From contig OX597817.1 of the NCBI GenBank assembly GCA_951406725.2, positions 1,984,001 through 2,048,000 of the forward strand: 64,000 nucleotides of DNA, given 5' to 3'. The stretch's first letter is position 1. Every line of letters starts with the position of its first letter. The notes under the pieces are model-generated. The model saw nothing but the letters and a program-made list of their open reading frames with translations, had not been told where the DNA came from and ran no database searches. Source of the stretch: Octopus vulgaris. Its lineage: Eukaryota. The translations under genes and the position numbers were made by a program. Positions 13,214-25,699 of this stretch are shown here, one piece after another.

Positions 13214-13354
13214 AACAAGTACCAGTTGGATAACGACGTCTCCATTCGTGACAATACCTCACGCCTTGCTCTCCTCACTCTTCATTTTCCAAATCTCCGA
13301 ATACTTTGGTGTCAAAACCCTTATGCAACAGCTGAATTGTTTCATGAATTAAAG
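13214..13354 (+). CDS. ERCC4: ERCC4/XPF exon: NKYQLDNDVSIRDNTSRLALLTLHFPNLRILWCQNPYATAELFHELK
   Basis: XPF-typical LLTLHFP.LRILWC..P.ATAELF.ELK. Acceptor ttccag, donor AAG|gtatca, 141 nt, phase 0/0. Confidence 0.95.
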
Positions 13355-14399
13355 GTATCAATATCATACATTTAGTGTATGTGTGTGTGTGTGTGTGAGT
13401 TTTAATGTAACCTTGCAAAGCACTGGGAGTAGGAGTCAAACTCATGGATTAATGAATCTGCTCATATTTTGGAGAACATAATTGTTTTGTTTTGTTGTTT
13501 TATTTTTAGGCAGTGTCAGTACATTTTCACCATTTATCAGCAATATTTAGCAGGAGTGATGCTTGTACTGTTGATGAAAGCTTAATGGAATACTCAGTTG
13601 ACTATTTAGAAGTCCTGCATTTGGTCGTATAAGCTTCAAAAGCATTGATTAATGTATGCAGGAGAGGCAATTTGTATATATAAAGAGAATGGACTGCAAT
13701 TGTAATGATAAAGCTAAAGATCTGGAGAGAGACCCAAGAACTTCAGGTTTCACTGACAAAATGGTACTGGAATGAGATGAATGAAAATGTTGTGTGTGAA
13801 ATATATCTGTCTGGAGAGATGAGTGTTAAAACATTGATGAGGGGATGTATTTGATGGTATTGGTTGATCCTGAACAGCTTAATGTTGAGGAGAACGCATC
13901 ACACCATGTTTCCGTTGTTAGATTGCTTCTCTCTTCCATATTTTTCACAGCATTTCTTTGAGTCGTCTCAGTTTGTGGCTTTAACATGTCTGTCATCTCT
14001 CCGTATCTTTTACATTTCAAACAAATGAAGGAACCTGTATGCAGTTGTTTGACTTGTTAGAAATACTAACCAAGTCATCTCCAATTCATTGTACCATCTT
14101 AATAAATGCAGGATTAATTTGGATAATGTAGTAGCTGCAGCAACTGTAGTAGATGCTACCAAAAACCGTGATGGTCAAGGTTTTGAACTTTAGTTTGCTT
14201 GGTCAAAGCTGATTTGAGGCTGGTCAACAACAACAACATATTGAATGTTTTGTTATTGGTTTTCCAATTTCAGTCACTGTTACGAAAATAGTCCAACCTT
14301 TTCTGGAGATTTTATGTTTGCAGAATCAACTACAGCACATTTTCTTACATTTACCTCATATCTACATTTATAGTCAAGGTATTTGTAGACTTTACTGCT

Positions 14400-15735
14400 A
14401 TGTTGTTTGCTTAGAAAGGGCTCGGGGGCATATTGACGTGCAATGTTAGTGTACATGCACAACAGAGTGTAAACGACTTGAGAGAAAAGCTGGGCATAAG
14501 AGGCATCAGATGTGGTGTGCAAGAGAGATGACTGCGTTGGTATGGCTATGTGAGGCATATGGATGGGAACAGCTGTGTGAAGAAGTGCTGATATTTATCA
14601 GTAGAAGGAAGCTGTGGGAGAGGGAGACCCAGGAAGGCATGGGACGGGGTGGTGATGCATGATCTTTGAATGTTGGGCCTCACTGAGGCAATGGCTAGTG
14701 ATTGAGACCTCTGGCGATATGCCATAATTGAGAAGAGTCATCAAGCCAAGTGAAATGATAATTGTGGTCGTTGTCAGTGTCACATAACTGGCACTTTTGC
14801 TGGTGGCACATAAAAAGCACCTTTCGAGCGCTGGGCCTCATGGAGACGAGGTGGACGATGCCAATGATGTGGAACTAACAAACTGTGCTGGTGGCACATA
14901 AAAAGCACCTTTCGAGCATTGGGCCTCATGGAGACGAGGTGGACGATGCCAATGATGTGGAACTAACAAACTGTGCTGGTGGCACATAAAAAGCACCTTT
15001 CGAGCGCTGGGCCTCATGGAGACCAGGTGGCCAATGCCAATGATGTGGAACTAACAAACTGTGCTGGTGGCACATAAAAAGCACCTTTCGAGCGCTGGGC
15101 CTCATGGAGACCAGGTGGCCAATGCCAATGATGTGGAACTAACAAACTGTGCTGGTGGCACATAAAAAGCACCTTTCGAGCGCTGGGCCTCATGGAGACC
15201 AGGTGGCCAATGCCAATGATGTGGAACTAACAAACTGTGCTGGTGGCACATAAAAAGCACCTTTCGAGCGCTGGGCCTCATGGAGACCAGGTGGCCAATG
15301 CCAATGATGTGGAACTAACAAACTGTGCTGGTGGCACATAAAAAGCACCTTTCGAGCGCTGGGCCTCATGGAGACGAGGTGGACGATGCCAATGATGTGG
15401 AACTAACAAACTGTGCTGGTGGCACGTAAAAAGCACCTTTCGAGCGCTGGGCCTTGCAGAGGCTATGACAAATGACTGAGACCTTTGGCAATATGCTGCG
15501 CTTGATAAGGAAGCTCCATCAATCCAAGTGAAATCATAGTTGTGGTAGGTGCTGGTGTCATGCAACTGACACCCATGCTAGTGGCATAGAAGAGCACCTA
15601 TTACACTCTCAGAGGGCATCCAGCCATAGAAGCATTGCCAAATCAGACTGGAGTCTGGTGCAGCCCCTCAGCTTACCAGCCTTAGTCAAACTCTCCAACC
15701 CATGGACCATGGATGTTAAGTGATGATGATGATAC
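14400..15735 (+). mobile_element. RTE LINE 3' end (same family as 3135-4870) with an internal minisatellite
   Basis: Decayed LREKLGIRGIRC..QERxLRWYG..RGRPRK.W; family tail ending (tga)n at ~15733. Confidence 0.82.
14799..15454. repeat. 88-bp minisatellite, ~7.5 copies
   Basis: Unit starts at 14799, 14887, 14975, 15063, 15151, 15239, 15327 and 15415 (gctggtggcacataaaaagcacctttcgagcgctgggcctcatggagac...aactaacaaactgt). Confidence 0.97.
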
Positions 15736-15799
15736 ATGTAGGCACATGCTACACTCACAAACTTACAAAATACTTTACTATCCTCTGGCCATCTCTTTT

Positions 15800-15840
<41 letters not shown>

Positions 15841-16282
15841 AATTCCCATATGTATGGAGCATTAAATGATACTTAGAGAGAATAAGAGAAATATAATTGC
15901 AAGGCAAGAGATATTAAAGAAGCTTGTCATATTTATTCAGTCAGCAATCACAGGGATTGAAACCTGGAACCAATGTTGAAATATAGAATAAATAGAGTTT
16001 AAAAATGATGTTACACCAAGACCTTCCCCCCCCAAAAAAAACAACAACAAAAACCTGTCAATGAAGTAATCAGTATCATCATTTTTATGTCTTCCTTTCT
16101 CTGCTGGCTGACAAGGGGCAGTTTAATGTTCTTTCTGATGCCAAAGGTTTTATTCACTTCCCTTGGTACATAGGGTACGTGTGAGATTAAGATAGACAAA
16201 ATCACATTCACAAATATATGCATGCACAATACACACACACAAATACATACATATGACTGTTCTTTCTTTGTTTTGCATTCAG

Positions 16283-16369
16283 GTTGGAAGGGAACAGCCT
16301 TCTGCCTCTGCTGCCGTTGCTGTGAGTGAAACAACAGACTATATTGATAAATACAACCCAAAACCTCAG
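16283..16369 (+). CDS. ERCC4: ERCC4/XPF exon: VGREQPSASAAVAVSETTDYIDKYNPKPQ
   Basis: Linker ending KYNP.PQ as in XPF. Acceptor cattcag, donor CAG|gtaagc, 87 nt, phase 0/0. Confidence 0.92.
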
Positions 16370-17244
16370 GTAAGCTTCCTTTTTTTCTCCTTGACTTTAT
16401 TTCTAGAGTTGCTACCAAATGAAAAATAATTTGATCGTCAGTAAAAATGACTCCACTATAAATCGTCATCATTTAATGTCCGTTTTCCATGCTGGCATGG
16501 ATTGGATGTTTTTGACAGGAGCTGGTAGGGCAGGAAGCCTCACTGGGATCGATTGTCTGTTTTGACATGGTTTCTACAGCTGGATGCCATTCCTAGCACC
16601 AGCATAAAACCAATTTCTATAATTTTATATTCTTTTACATGTTCAGTCTAACTAAGCTTTTGTTGTTCATATTCATAGTATCTCTGAAGTAGTTTCACTC
16701 TCCTATACCAATGGTGTTAACTGTTGATGGTGGTGATTGAATGTATAAATAATCCTTCATCACTGCCTTAGCAAGTTTGCTAAAATTATGTTTTGCCCTT
16801 AAGAGGTCAGAATAAGACTGAAACTTCCCTGGAAAATGGAAATATTAACCATTGACTAATAAGGTTTTATCTAGGTATATGTTTATTTTTAATTAGATTA
16901 AAATATGTTAGCACTTTTCTTTTGTTATTTATCTATATAGTAGTGCATCATCATCATCATCATCATTACATCACCCTATGTTTGTATGTGTTTCTATGTT
17001 GCCATGGTTTGACCTGGTTGTCAAGGTCTGAATTTGTCTTGATTGGAAGTTACCACCCTCCTAGACAGGTTGGGGACTACATCTCACTTGTATATTCCAT
17101 TTTTGGCATTGTTCCTAAAGCTGGATGCCCTCCTTTCTCTAACCACTATATAGAGTGTTAGTAGGTATGTCTTATTCTGGAACCAGCACTAAAGAGGTTG
17201 CCTTGTTGCCTGCAAGACTAAAGAGTTCTCTTTAGTGCCGCGTC

Positions 17245-17645
17245 ACTGGCCCCTGTGCCAGTGGCATATAAAAAGCACTATTCAAGTGTGGCAGATGCCA
17301 GTGCCACCAGATTGGCGCCCATGCTGGTGGAGCATAAAAAGCACCATTGGTGTGTGACTTATGCCAGTACCACCTGACTGGCTTCCTTGCTTTGGCATAT
17401 AAAAAAGCACCATTTGAGTGTGGTCAATGCCAGTACCACTTGACTGGCTCTCATGCTGGTGGCACATAAAAAGCACCCAGTACACTTTTGGAGTGGTTGG
17501 CATTAGGAAGGGCGTCCATCTGTAGAAACCTTGCCAGATCAGATTAGAGCCTGGTGCAGCCTCCCAGCTGCCTGTCCTCAGTCAAACCATCCAACCCATA
17601 CCAGCATGGAAAGTGGACGTTAAATGATGACGATGATGATGATGA
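17245..17645 (+). mobile_element. RTE-type 3' tail with four ~66-bp modules
   Basis: Four diverged RTGCYGGTGGCAYRTAAAAAGCACC modules, then the family tail and (gat)n. Confidence 0.8.
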
Positions 17646-18127
17646 TATATACCAGCAGTCTAACTCATACCAGTATGGAAAGCAGATGTTAAATGATGAT
17701 GATGATATAATATATATATATAGCAAAGTTAAATTGTAAGGTACCACATGAGTGGAATTATATATGAAAGAAGGTTTGAAAATGTAATTTAAAAGATGTT
17801 TATTCACTTGACCGGTTTCACTTTTTTAGAAAAAGATTGTCAAAAGTAAAATGTAAAGATTTGTAAAAGCTGTGTTGTGTTAAATACGGGTTGTCACAAA
17901 ATATTACAATACATATATACATTCTCTGATAATAATAAGAAAATGTTAAAAACAGTTTACAAGGAAATATCGTGAGAAAATATTAAACAAAAAGTTCAAA
18001 AAAATATATTGAGATTTCATTTAAAGTCATGTTTGTTTGGAAGTATCTATATATATACACAGAAGGATCTATTTCAAATCTTCCTTCATATATATATATA
18101 TATATAGAGTGTTAGTAGGTACATATC

Positions 18128-18315
18128 TGTGCCGGTGGCACGTAAAAAGCACCCACTACACTCATGGAGTGGTTGGTGTTAGGAAGGGCATCCAGCTGTA
18201 GAAACACTGCCAGATCAGACAGGGCCTGGTGCAGCCTTCTGGCTTCCCAGACCCCAGTTGAACCATCCAACCCATGCTAGCATGGAAAGCGGACGTTAAA
18301 CGATGATGATGATGA
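18128..18315 (+). mobile_element. RTE-type 3' tail with a single module
   Basis: gtgccggtggcacgtaaaaagcacc...catgctagcatggaaagcggacgttaaacgatgatgat. Confidence 0.8.
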
Positions 18316-18744
18316 TATACACATATTATCTTTTATCTTCTACTTATTTCAGTTATCAACTGCAGTCATGAAGGGATTTAGTCATCCAAATAAACCCCAC
18401 TACTTATTTTCTAAGTCTAATACTTATTCTATTAGTCTCTTTTGCCAAGCGTTTAAGTTACAGAGATGTAAACAAACCAACATATGGTTGTTAAGTGGTA
18501 GGAACAAAAACACACACACACACGCACAATATTCTTTTACAGTTTCCTTCCTCCAAATTCAGTCATGAGGCATTGATCAGCCCCAGTGCTATAGCAGAAG
18601 ACATTTGCCCAAGGTGTTGTGCAGTGAAACGGAACCTGAAACCGTATGGTAGCAATGTGAATTTCTTAACCATACACCCAACCCAGCACTTATTAACTGA
18701 AGATTTACAAGTGAAATTAGTAATTTCCATTTTAGAGATAAGAG

Positions 18745-19378
18745 ATTAGTTGAGAGTGCCACTCCCAAACAGTTGAAGGAATCTGGGGTAGAGGTAGACC
18801 CAGGAAGACATGGGAGGAGCTGGTCAAGCATGACCTTTGAATGTTGGGCTTCACAGAGGCAATGATGAAAAACCAAGACCTCTGGAGATATACTGTGATT
18901 GCAAAGACCCAACAAATGAAGTGAGTTCATGGCTCGCAGGACGGCCTGCTGTGCTAACCTTGGATCGTAGGGCGACCTGCTGTGCTTGAGGAGACCTAAT
19001 GAGTCAAGTACATCAACATCAAAATAAAAATCAAATGGAAATTGAAGTTGTGATACCCGTGCTGGTGGCATGTAAAAAGCACCATCTGAATGTGGTCGAT
19101 GCCAGCACCACTTTGACTGGTGTCCGTGCCGGTGGCATGTAGAAAGCACCAACCAATCATGGCTATTGTCAGCCCCCTCTGGCCCCTGTGCCGGTGGCAT
19201 GTAAAAAGCACCCACTACACTCACGGAGTGGTTGGCGTTTGGAAGGGCATCCAGCTGTAGAAACACTGCCAGATCAGACTGGAGCCTGGTGCAGCCTCCT
19301 GGCTTCCCAGACCCTGGTCGGACTGTCCAACCCATGCTAGCATGGAAAGCGGATGTTAAACGATGATAATGATGATGA
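18745..19378 (+). mobile_element. RTE LINE 3' end with three modules
   Basis: RGRPRKTW..LVKHDL remnant followed by the family tail. Confidence 0.8.
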
Positions 19379-20282
19379 AACTTTAGTGTCAGTGGTTGCC
19401 TTGATTCAAGCATCTCCTTGAAAGCTTTCTTGCAAGCTTTTGTTATTGTTGCTATTGTTGCTTATCTCTAAGTCTGCTCTGATCCAATAGATCTAGCTAT
19501 ATTTATGATTATGTTGGTTATTCTTTTTCTTGTTTCAGTCATTAGACGGTGGCCATGCTGGGGCACCACCTCGAGGAATTTTAGTCCAATTAATCAACCC
19601 AAGTACTTATTTTGAAACCTGGTGCTTATTCTGTTGGTCTCTTTTGCCAAACAGCTAAGTTACAGGGATGGGGATGTAAACACACTATCACCAGTTGTCA
19701 GTCGGTGTTTGGAGACAGACAGACAGACACACACATTCATGATGTCCACTCACAAGGCTTTGGTTAGCCCAAGACTGTAGTAGAAGACACTTACCCAAGG
19801 TGCCATGCAGTGGGACTGAACCCAGAACCATGTGGTTGGGAAGCCTTTATGAAGGAAGGGAATTAGTTGTGGGAGATTTGGCTATCATTTCTAGCAGGTA
19901 ATGGTATCATAGCCAATAATAGCTCTTTCACTGACTTTAACCAGTTTTACAAACTATTTTTCTACACAAACATAGCTAAGATAGTTTCATTTTGTTGGAG
20001 CTATTTTTTTTACATCTTGATTTTCCTTACTAACTCTGTTTTGAATGGTAAATTTGCTTTTGGCACCGATGTAACTAAGGCTTGGAAGCCTGTGTTTTTC
20101 CAAGGAAACAGTTTGAAACTAAACCTATAGTTCCAATCATACAGCTACATTAAGACACTTCTTCTGTTTGTGTTGGCACTTGGATTTCACTTTTACAACA
20201 TTCAACTATTCAAATTTTATTGTAATTTTTCTTAATGTCTTTATAAGAACAATTTTAAAATAATTTATTTTTACTATTTCAG

Positions 20283-20528
20283 GACTTTCTTCTGAAATTA
20301 CCCGGAGTCAATTTGAAAAACTATCGGCTTATTATGAACAAAGTGACGAATATTTATGAATTGAGTCAGCTGACTGAGGAAGAACTGACGAAGATTTTGG
20401 GCAATGCTAGCAATGCACAACAGTTGTTAAGATTTCTAAGGTCAAAAGCAGATGGTTTGCATCAGGTAGGCCTTTCTTCAGCGCCAAGTAAACCAGAGAA
20501 AAAACGGCCATTTAAAAGAAAATTATGA
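20283..20528 (+). CDS. ERCC4: ERCC4/XPF terminal coding exon, HhH2 domain: [21 protein letters not shown]...[12 protein letters not shown]
   Basis: DFLLK.PGVN.KN and ELT.ILGNA.NA.QL match the XPF helix-hairpin-helix domain. Acceptor atttcag, TGA at 20526-20528, basic NLS-like tail. Confidence 0.95.
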   Translation, partial: DFLLKLPGVNLKNYRLIMNKVTNIYELSQLTEEELTKILGNASNAQQLLRFLRSKADGLHQVGLSSAPSKPEKKRPFKRKL

Positions 20529-20534
20529 AATAAA
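20529..20534 (+). promoter_or_regulatory. Candidate polyadenylation signal AATAAA
   Basis: Directly follows the ERCC4 stop codon; a GT-rich tract lies ~25 nt downstream. Confidence 0.4.
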
Positions 20535-21837
20535 TGAAGTTGAAGACAAACTGGGAAGTTTTTGTTACTTGTTGGGCAATATAATGTTTCCCGCTGGCAG
20601 AAACGTTAGCACGCCGGGTGTAGCCGTATTTCGTCTGCCGTTACGTTCTGAGTTCAAATTCTGCCGAGGTCGACTTCACCTTTCATCCTTTCAGGGTCGA
20701 TTAAATAAGTACCAGTTACGCACTGGGGTTGATATAATCGACTTAATCCGTTTGTCTGTCCTTGTTTGTTCTCTCTGTGTTTAGCCCCTTGTGGGTAGTA
20801 AAGAAATAGATTAATTAATGATGGTTACAGTGAGTCGTGAAAGTAAGTCACTGTTGATCTAAACTTTTGATTTGGGAAGTTATTACACGCAAAACACTTT
20901 ATTTCACGTTGCTCCAATTCACTCAGCTGTAGAAATAAGTTGCGACATCACTGGTGCCAAGCTGTATTGACCTTTGCCTTTCCCTTGGATAACATCAGTG
21001 GTGTGTAGAGGGGAGGCTGGTATGCATGGGTGACCGCTGGTCTTCAATAAACAAACTTGCCCAGACTTGTGCCTTGGAGGGGAACTTTCTAGATGCAATC
21101 CCATGGTCATTCATGTTTGAAGGGGGTCTTAGAAATCCCACATGGTAATCATTGACAAATTAATTGTAGTTATAATTACTGTTAATAAATAAACCATTTT
21201 TCTGATTATTAGTGGCATTGATAATTAATAGAACATTGTAGCATGGATGATACTGGTTCTGAGGCGAGGTTATTACTGATTGGGATTATTGTCAATGAAA
21301 GTAATTAGATCAGTTATGGTAATTTGGTTATTATTGGAGGCAATCATAGGACCAGGGATGTTGACAGTAGTAAATAATCACAGGTATTTATTCATTCTTG
21401 TTACAATCATTGATAATTGTAGAATTTATAATCTTTGTCATGGTAGACAATGGATTATCTGAAGCCATTACATGTGGTTGCCTGGCAATGTTAAAACATT
21501 TGTACAAGCAACTATGGTTTACAAATTGCTATTATTTTCCTCCCCACCATATGTATATGTATATATGTGTATTTATTAAAAAGAAGTTTGAAAACGCTAC
21601 TATATAAGATACATTTTAATTTTCTTAGAGATTTTACATGTTTTGGTTCTTCTTGAACGAAACGAACCTTATCAAAAATATTTTTAAAAGTCAAATGTAA
21701 TAAAAAAGTTCATAATTGTTTCTTACTAGTCTCAACAGAGTTCATGTGGTGTTTTTTTTTGGTGGGGAGCATAATGGCTGTCTTGTGTGTTGGCTACAAT
21801 CGTTGGCTATAGTCATGAAAGTGTATATATGTGAATG

Positions 21838-21875
<38 letters not shown>

Positions 21876-23257
21876 TGGAAATTTGATCTAGCAACTATGG
21901 TTTACAAATTGCTATTATTTTCCTCCCCACCATATATATATATGCCTGGATGTTTTAACCCCTTTTTTACTTTTAAGTCTGTACTGTGTGTGTATGTATT
22001 GGTTGATGAGTGACAATTTATTTATTTTTGAAAAATGAAGTTTTCATAGTGACAGCCACTTAGCTATTTTAACTTACAAGCAATGGAGAAGTGAATTTTC
22101 TCCAACTGAAAACTTCCATTGGCATCCAAATACATCATTGACCCTATCCCTGAGAGCCCATGTAAAATCAGTTGAATATGCATTTCACATGCAAAATGTA
22201 ACCATTTGGCTTGCGAAAAGAATCTGATGAAGGACTTATCTTTAATTTGATTTCATCCGCCAAAGGAAAGCTACTAACCAACATTCTGTTTCTGAAAATG
22301 TAATTATAATTTTTCTGCTTATTCCTATTTTTTGTATTTGCTCTTTATAAAATATCTATCACCATCTTTCTTTTAAGAAATGTCTAAGATTTCATACATT
22401 GACAGAAGCCACAAAATTATAGGGAATTTTATAGTTGACTTCCATGGTAGGTGACTGCAGAACATATAAAGACATAACAACAGATAAAATGATGGCTTTT
22501 ATGTACGAGTGGCTGAAACTAACCAAATTCATTTCAGTACTTGATTGGTTCTTACTTTATTGGCACACAAGAAGGATGAAAGGTAAAATCAACTCTGATG
22601 AGACCTAATCAAATGTGGGTACAGCTAATTGCTGCAAGGTAATTTATTTGGCACTAATGAGCTCTAACATTGACACACGGAGAAAAAATTTCAAGGAGGA
22701 TGTTGTTGACTAATTCAGCCTCAGTACTTGAGTGATACATTTGAGAGAAAGTATAATTAATGAAGTAAACTCTACTATATGACTGGTATTTTTGATGGAA
22801 GCTATAATTAATAAAATTAACTCTGGCATTTAGTTGTTATATTGATTTCAAATGTTGACATGGGGCTTGCAATTCTTGGGGAGGGAGTAAGTTGATTTCA
22901 TCAATTGCTGTATTTAACTGATACTTATTTTATCGAACCTGAAAGGATGAAAGGCAAAGTCGACTTTGGCAGAATTTTAACTCAGAGTGTGAAGACGAAC
23001 AAAATGCTGCTCACCACCTTGTTACTTTATTATATTAACCACAAAAGGATGAAAGATAATGTTAGTCATGCAAGGATTTGAACTCTTGATTCTGACATAG
23101 ACCCAAGCCTTGTGAATGAAACTAGGTAGAAATAGAAATTGTTTGGAAGCATAGTGATGGCTTGGAACTCTAGTTGAAAGGGCCAGAATTTAGTATGATT
23201 AGAATAGTTCCAGCCATGGCCATCTTTTCTTCTTTTGTCTAATGTATCCACCTTTAA

Positions 23258-23452
23258 CCCTTTCGTTACCAACCTGGCTCTGGCTCTGTTTTTGTAAGTT
23301 TTGAATTAAAATCTTCCACCAAACCTTAGTCACAATTTATGCTCTTAACACTAGCTGAATGATAACAAAGTTATTTTACTAGATTCTTTGATATATTTAA
23401 AGTAATTGAAAGAAACAAAGAACATCTGAAAATAGATCCAGTAATGAAAGGT
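23258..23452. mobile_element. piggyBac-like MITE
   Basis: TTAA|ccctttcgttac ... gtaatgaaaggt|TTAA: imperfect TIRs with TTAA on both sides. Confidence 0.7.
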
Positions 23453-25699
23453 TTAATGAAGTAGGGGAGACTTGGCTTCTATTTTTAGCTGTCCAGGTGG
23501 TTCCATAGAGACTCAATTGCTTCTAGCAAGTTAATAGAGATGAACACTTCCTGCATTGCATTTTCTGCTACATGCAGTGGTTTATTAGTAGTAAAAAATT
23601 ACCCGAATGTTGACTTCACCCTCCTCCCATGATATCATCATTGGTCGGTTCGGATAGTTGACACCTCACACTTGCAATAATTTATATATTATGTCTTAGC
23701 AAAATATTTTCTTTTAAACCGTGAAGTTTAACTGGAGGTAAAAGGAGAGGATCGATATTTTCAATCGATAATATTGAAAATGTGGTTCAAAGTATTCGGG
23801 GGACTTAATTTTCGTTGGCCAGCGTGTGTTGGGAGTATACAATTGATGGAAATCAACACCAGTGTTTATATTATCAGCAACCAGGAAACATTTGAATTTG
23901 GGGTAACAGGAGAACTACAATGTCAAGGAATGTAACTAAATGTTGCAAAATCACCTAATTTATCGACATCCTACTACTTTTGCCATCACAATGTACACCT
24001 GGTAAAGTCAGTCGGTTATTGCACAAAAATAGATTGCATTATTTAGTTGTGTTTTTTTTTGCATTGTGCATTCAAATCTTGCCAAATTTAACTTTGCTTT
24101 TCTTCTTTTTGAGGTCAATAAAATGAAAAAAACTAGTTAGGTACTGTGGTTGAATTAATCCATTATAACAATTCCATGCCAGGTGTGGCTTCTGGTGTCA
24201 TATGAGCACCAATAACTGGGTTGTCATAGCAAACAATGTGAACTAGCAATGAAGGTAGGTTAACAGCAAGGTAGTTATATACATAGGCATGGCCAAACAG
24301 TTAAGCTATCCGGTTTACATTCATGATATATCAGATTCAATCCCATTGCATAGCAGCATAGGCAAGGTGTTTATTTTGATTTTTTTTTCCTATCCTTTTG
24401 CCATAGCATCAGGTTGATCCAAAACCTGTGACTGAAACTAAGTAGATAGAAACTGTCTGGAAACCCATTGATGGTCTGGACCTGTAATTCAAAGGACAAG
24501 TTTTTTAAATCACTGATTGCCCCTACCCTGCGATTGTATTGTGGGTACATGTATCTAAGATATACCCAGCCATTTACATGCTCATTCATTGAGTAGACCA
24601 TTCTTATGATCAGACATTTGGAACGCTCGTCACTAAAATCAACGGAGATTCATTTAAATTTCTAGCTATTTTGTATACGAAATCAAGAACCAAAAAGTGA
24701 TTTGAACAAGTAACGGGCTTCATTTAGTGAAGGGTAAAAATCGATTTTGTAGAATAAAAGGTAAAGTCCACCTGAGTGGAATTTGAAATCAGATCGCAAG
24801 AGAATTAAATGCTGCGAGGTATTTTCTATGGTGTCTGTCGCTTCCATCTGATTCATAACATCAGCACACGGGCACGATGTTGCGAAGATTTTAACTGAGT
24901 ATAATACATACGGATATATAACGACTATTTTATTCACTGAGAATGTGAGAATGAGAGGCAATGTTGCCTTGGCGAGAATTGGTCTCAGAACGTCAAGGTA
25001 TATATCTAAATACCGCAAAAGTTTTCTGTATAAATAATTTTGATGCACACAAAACCACTAATCTGGTGGTTGCTTATAATAAATTATATCGACACCATTA
25101 CTTGACTGATGTTTATTTTATCGATCCTGAAAGGATGAAAGGCAAAATTAACTCTAGCGGAATCTGGACTTAAAACATTAATAGTCATAAGGAAAAACCG
25201 CAAGGAATTTTTGTTTAAATAATCATTAACATCTAAATGTTGCGTAGGTGGTCATACCTGTCTCGTATTTTACTTAATTTTCAGTTTATTCCGCTCCTTC
25301 GTTAAATTGTTTTCTCTGAAACCACATCGTATTTCCTAGAATTTCTCGATGTTTGTTTTATTTTTGAAGTTTAAAATATTTACAATCATGCTTTATATTG
25401 CCGTCCTCCTTGTTGAAAAGAATTTTCCCCAAATTTGTAGAATTTGCTTTCTTCCATATCTCAACCATGACTCTACGAGCAGTACCATTTCGGAGAAAGC
25501 CTTCACCTTTACTTCTCGAGTTGCAACCAATTCCACACTACACCATTGGCATATCTCCCGACAAATCTGTCTCTTTCTGTCTCATCAGGTTCCTCACTTT
25601 GGATGCACACACGCTCGATGCGAAAGTACCTCCGGTTGTTTCAAACGAAAAGACCACTGGCCCTGATACCTCTGTCCTTAAACCTCCCAGAGCTTGTCT

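Noticed and set aside
14799-15454. CRISPR-like appearance of module-plus-spacer arrays (also 17255-17480)
   Set aside because: Spacers are identical or homologous to each other, there are no cas genes, and the arrays sit in eukaryotic LINE 3' UTRs.
18589-19413. 274-aa minus-strand ORF (and 8821-9186)
   Set aside because: Antisense reading of an RTE tail plus SINE; the same pseudo-peptide recurs at each repeat copy.
22220-22285. CTGATGA...GAAA as a hammerhead (similarly 22594, 31775, 36149, 43258, 51274)
   Set aside because: Flanking stems I-III cannot be formed convincingly.
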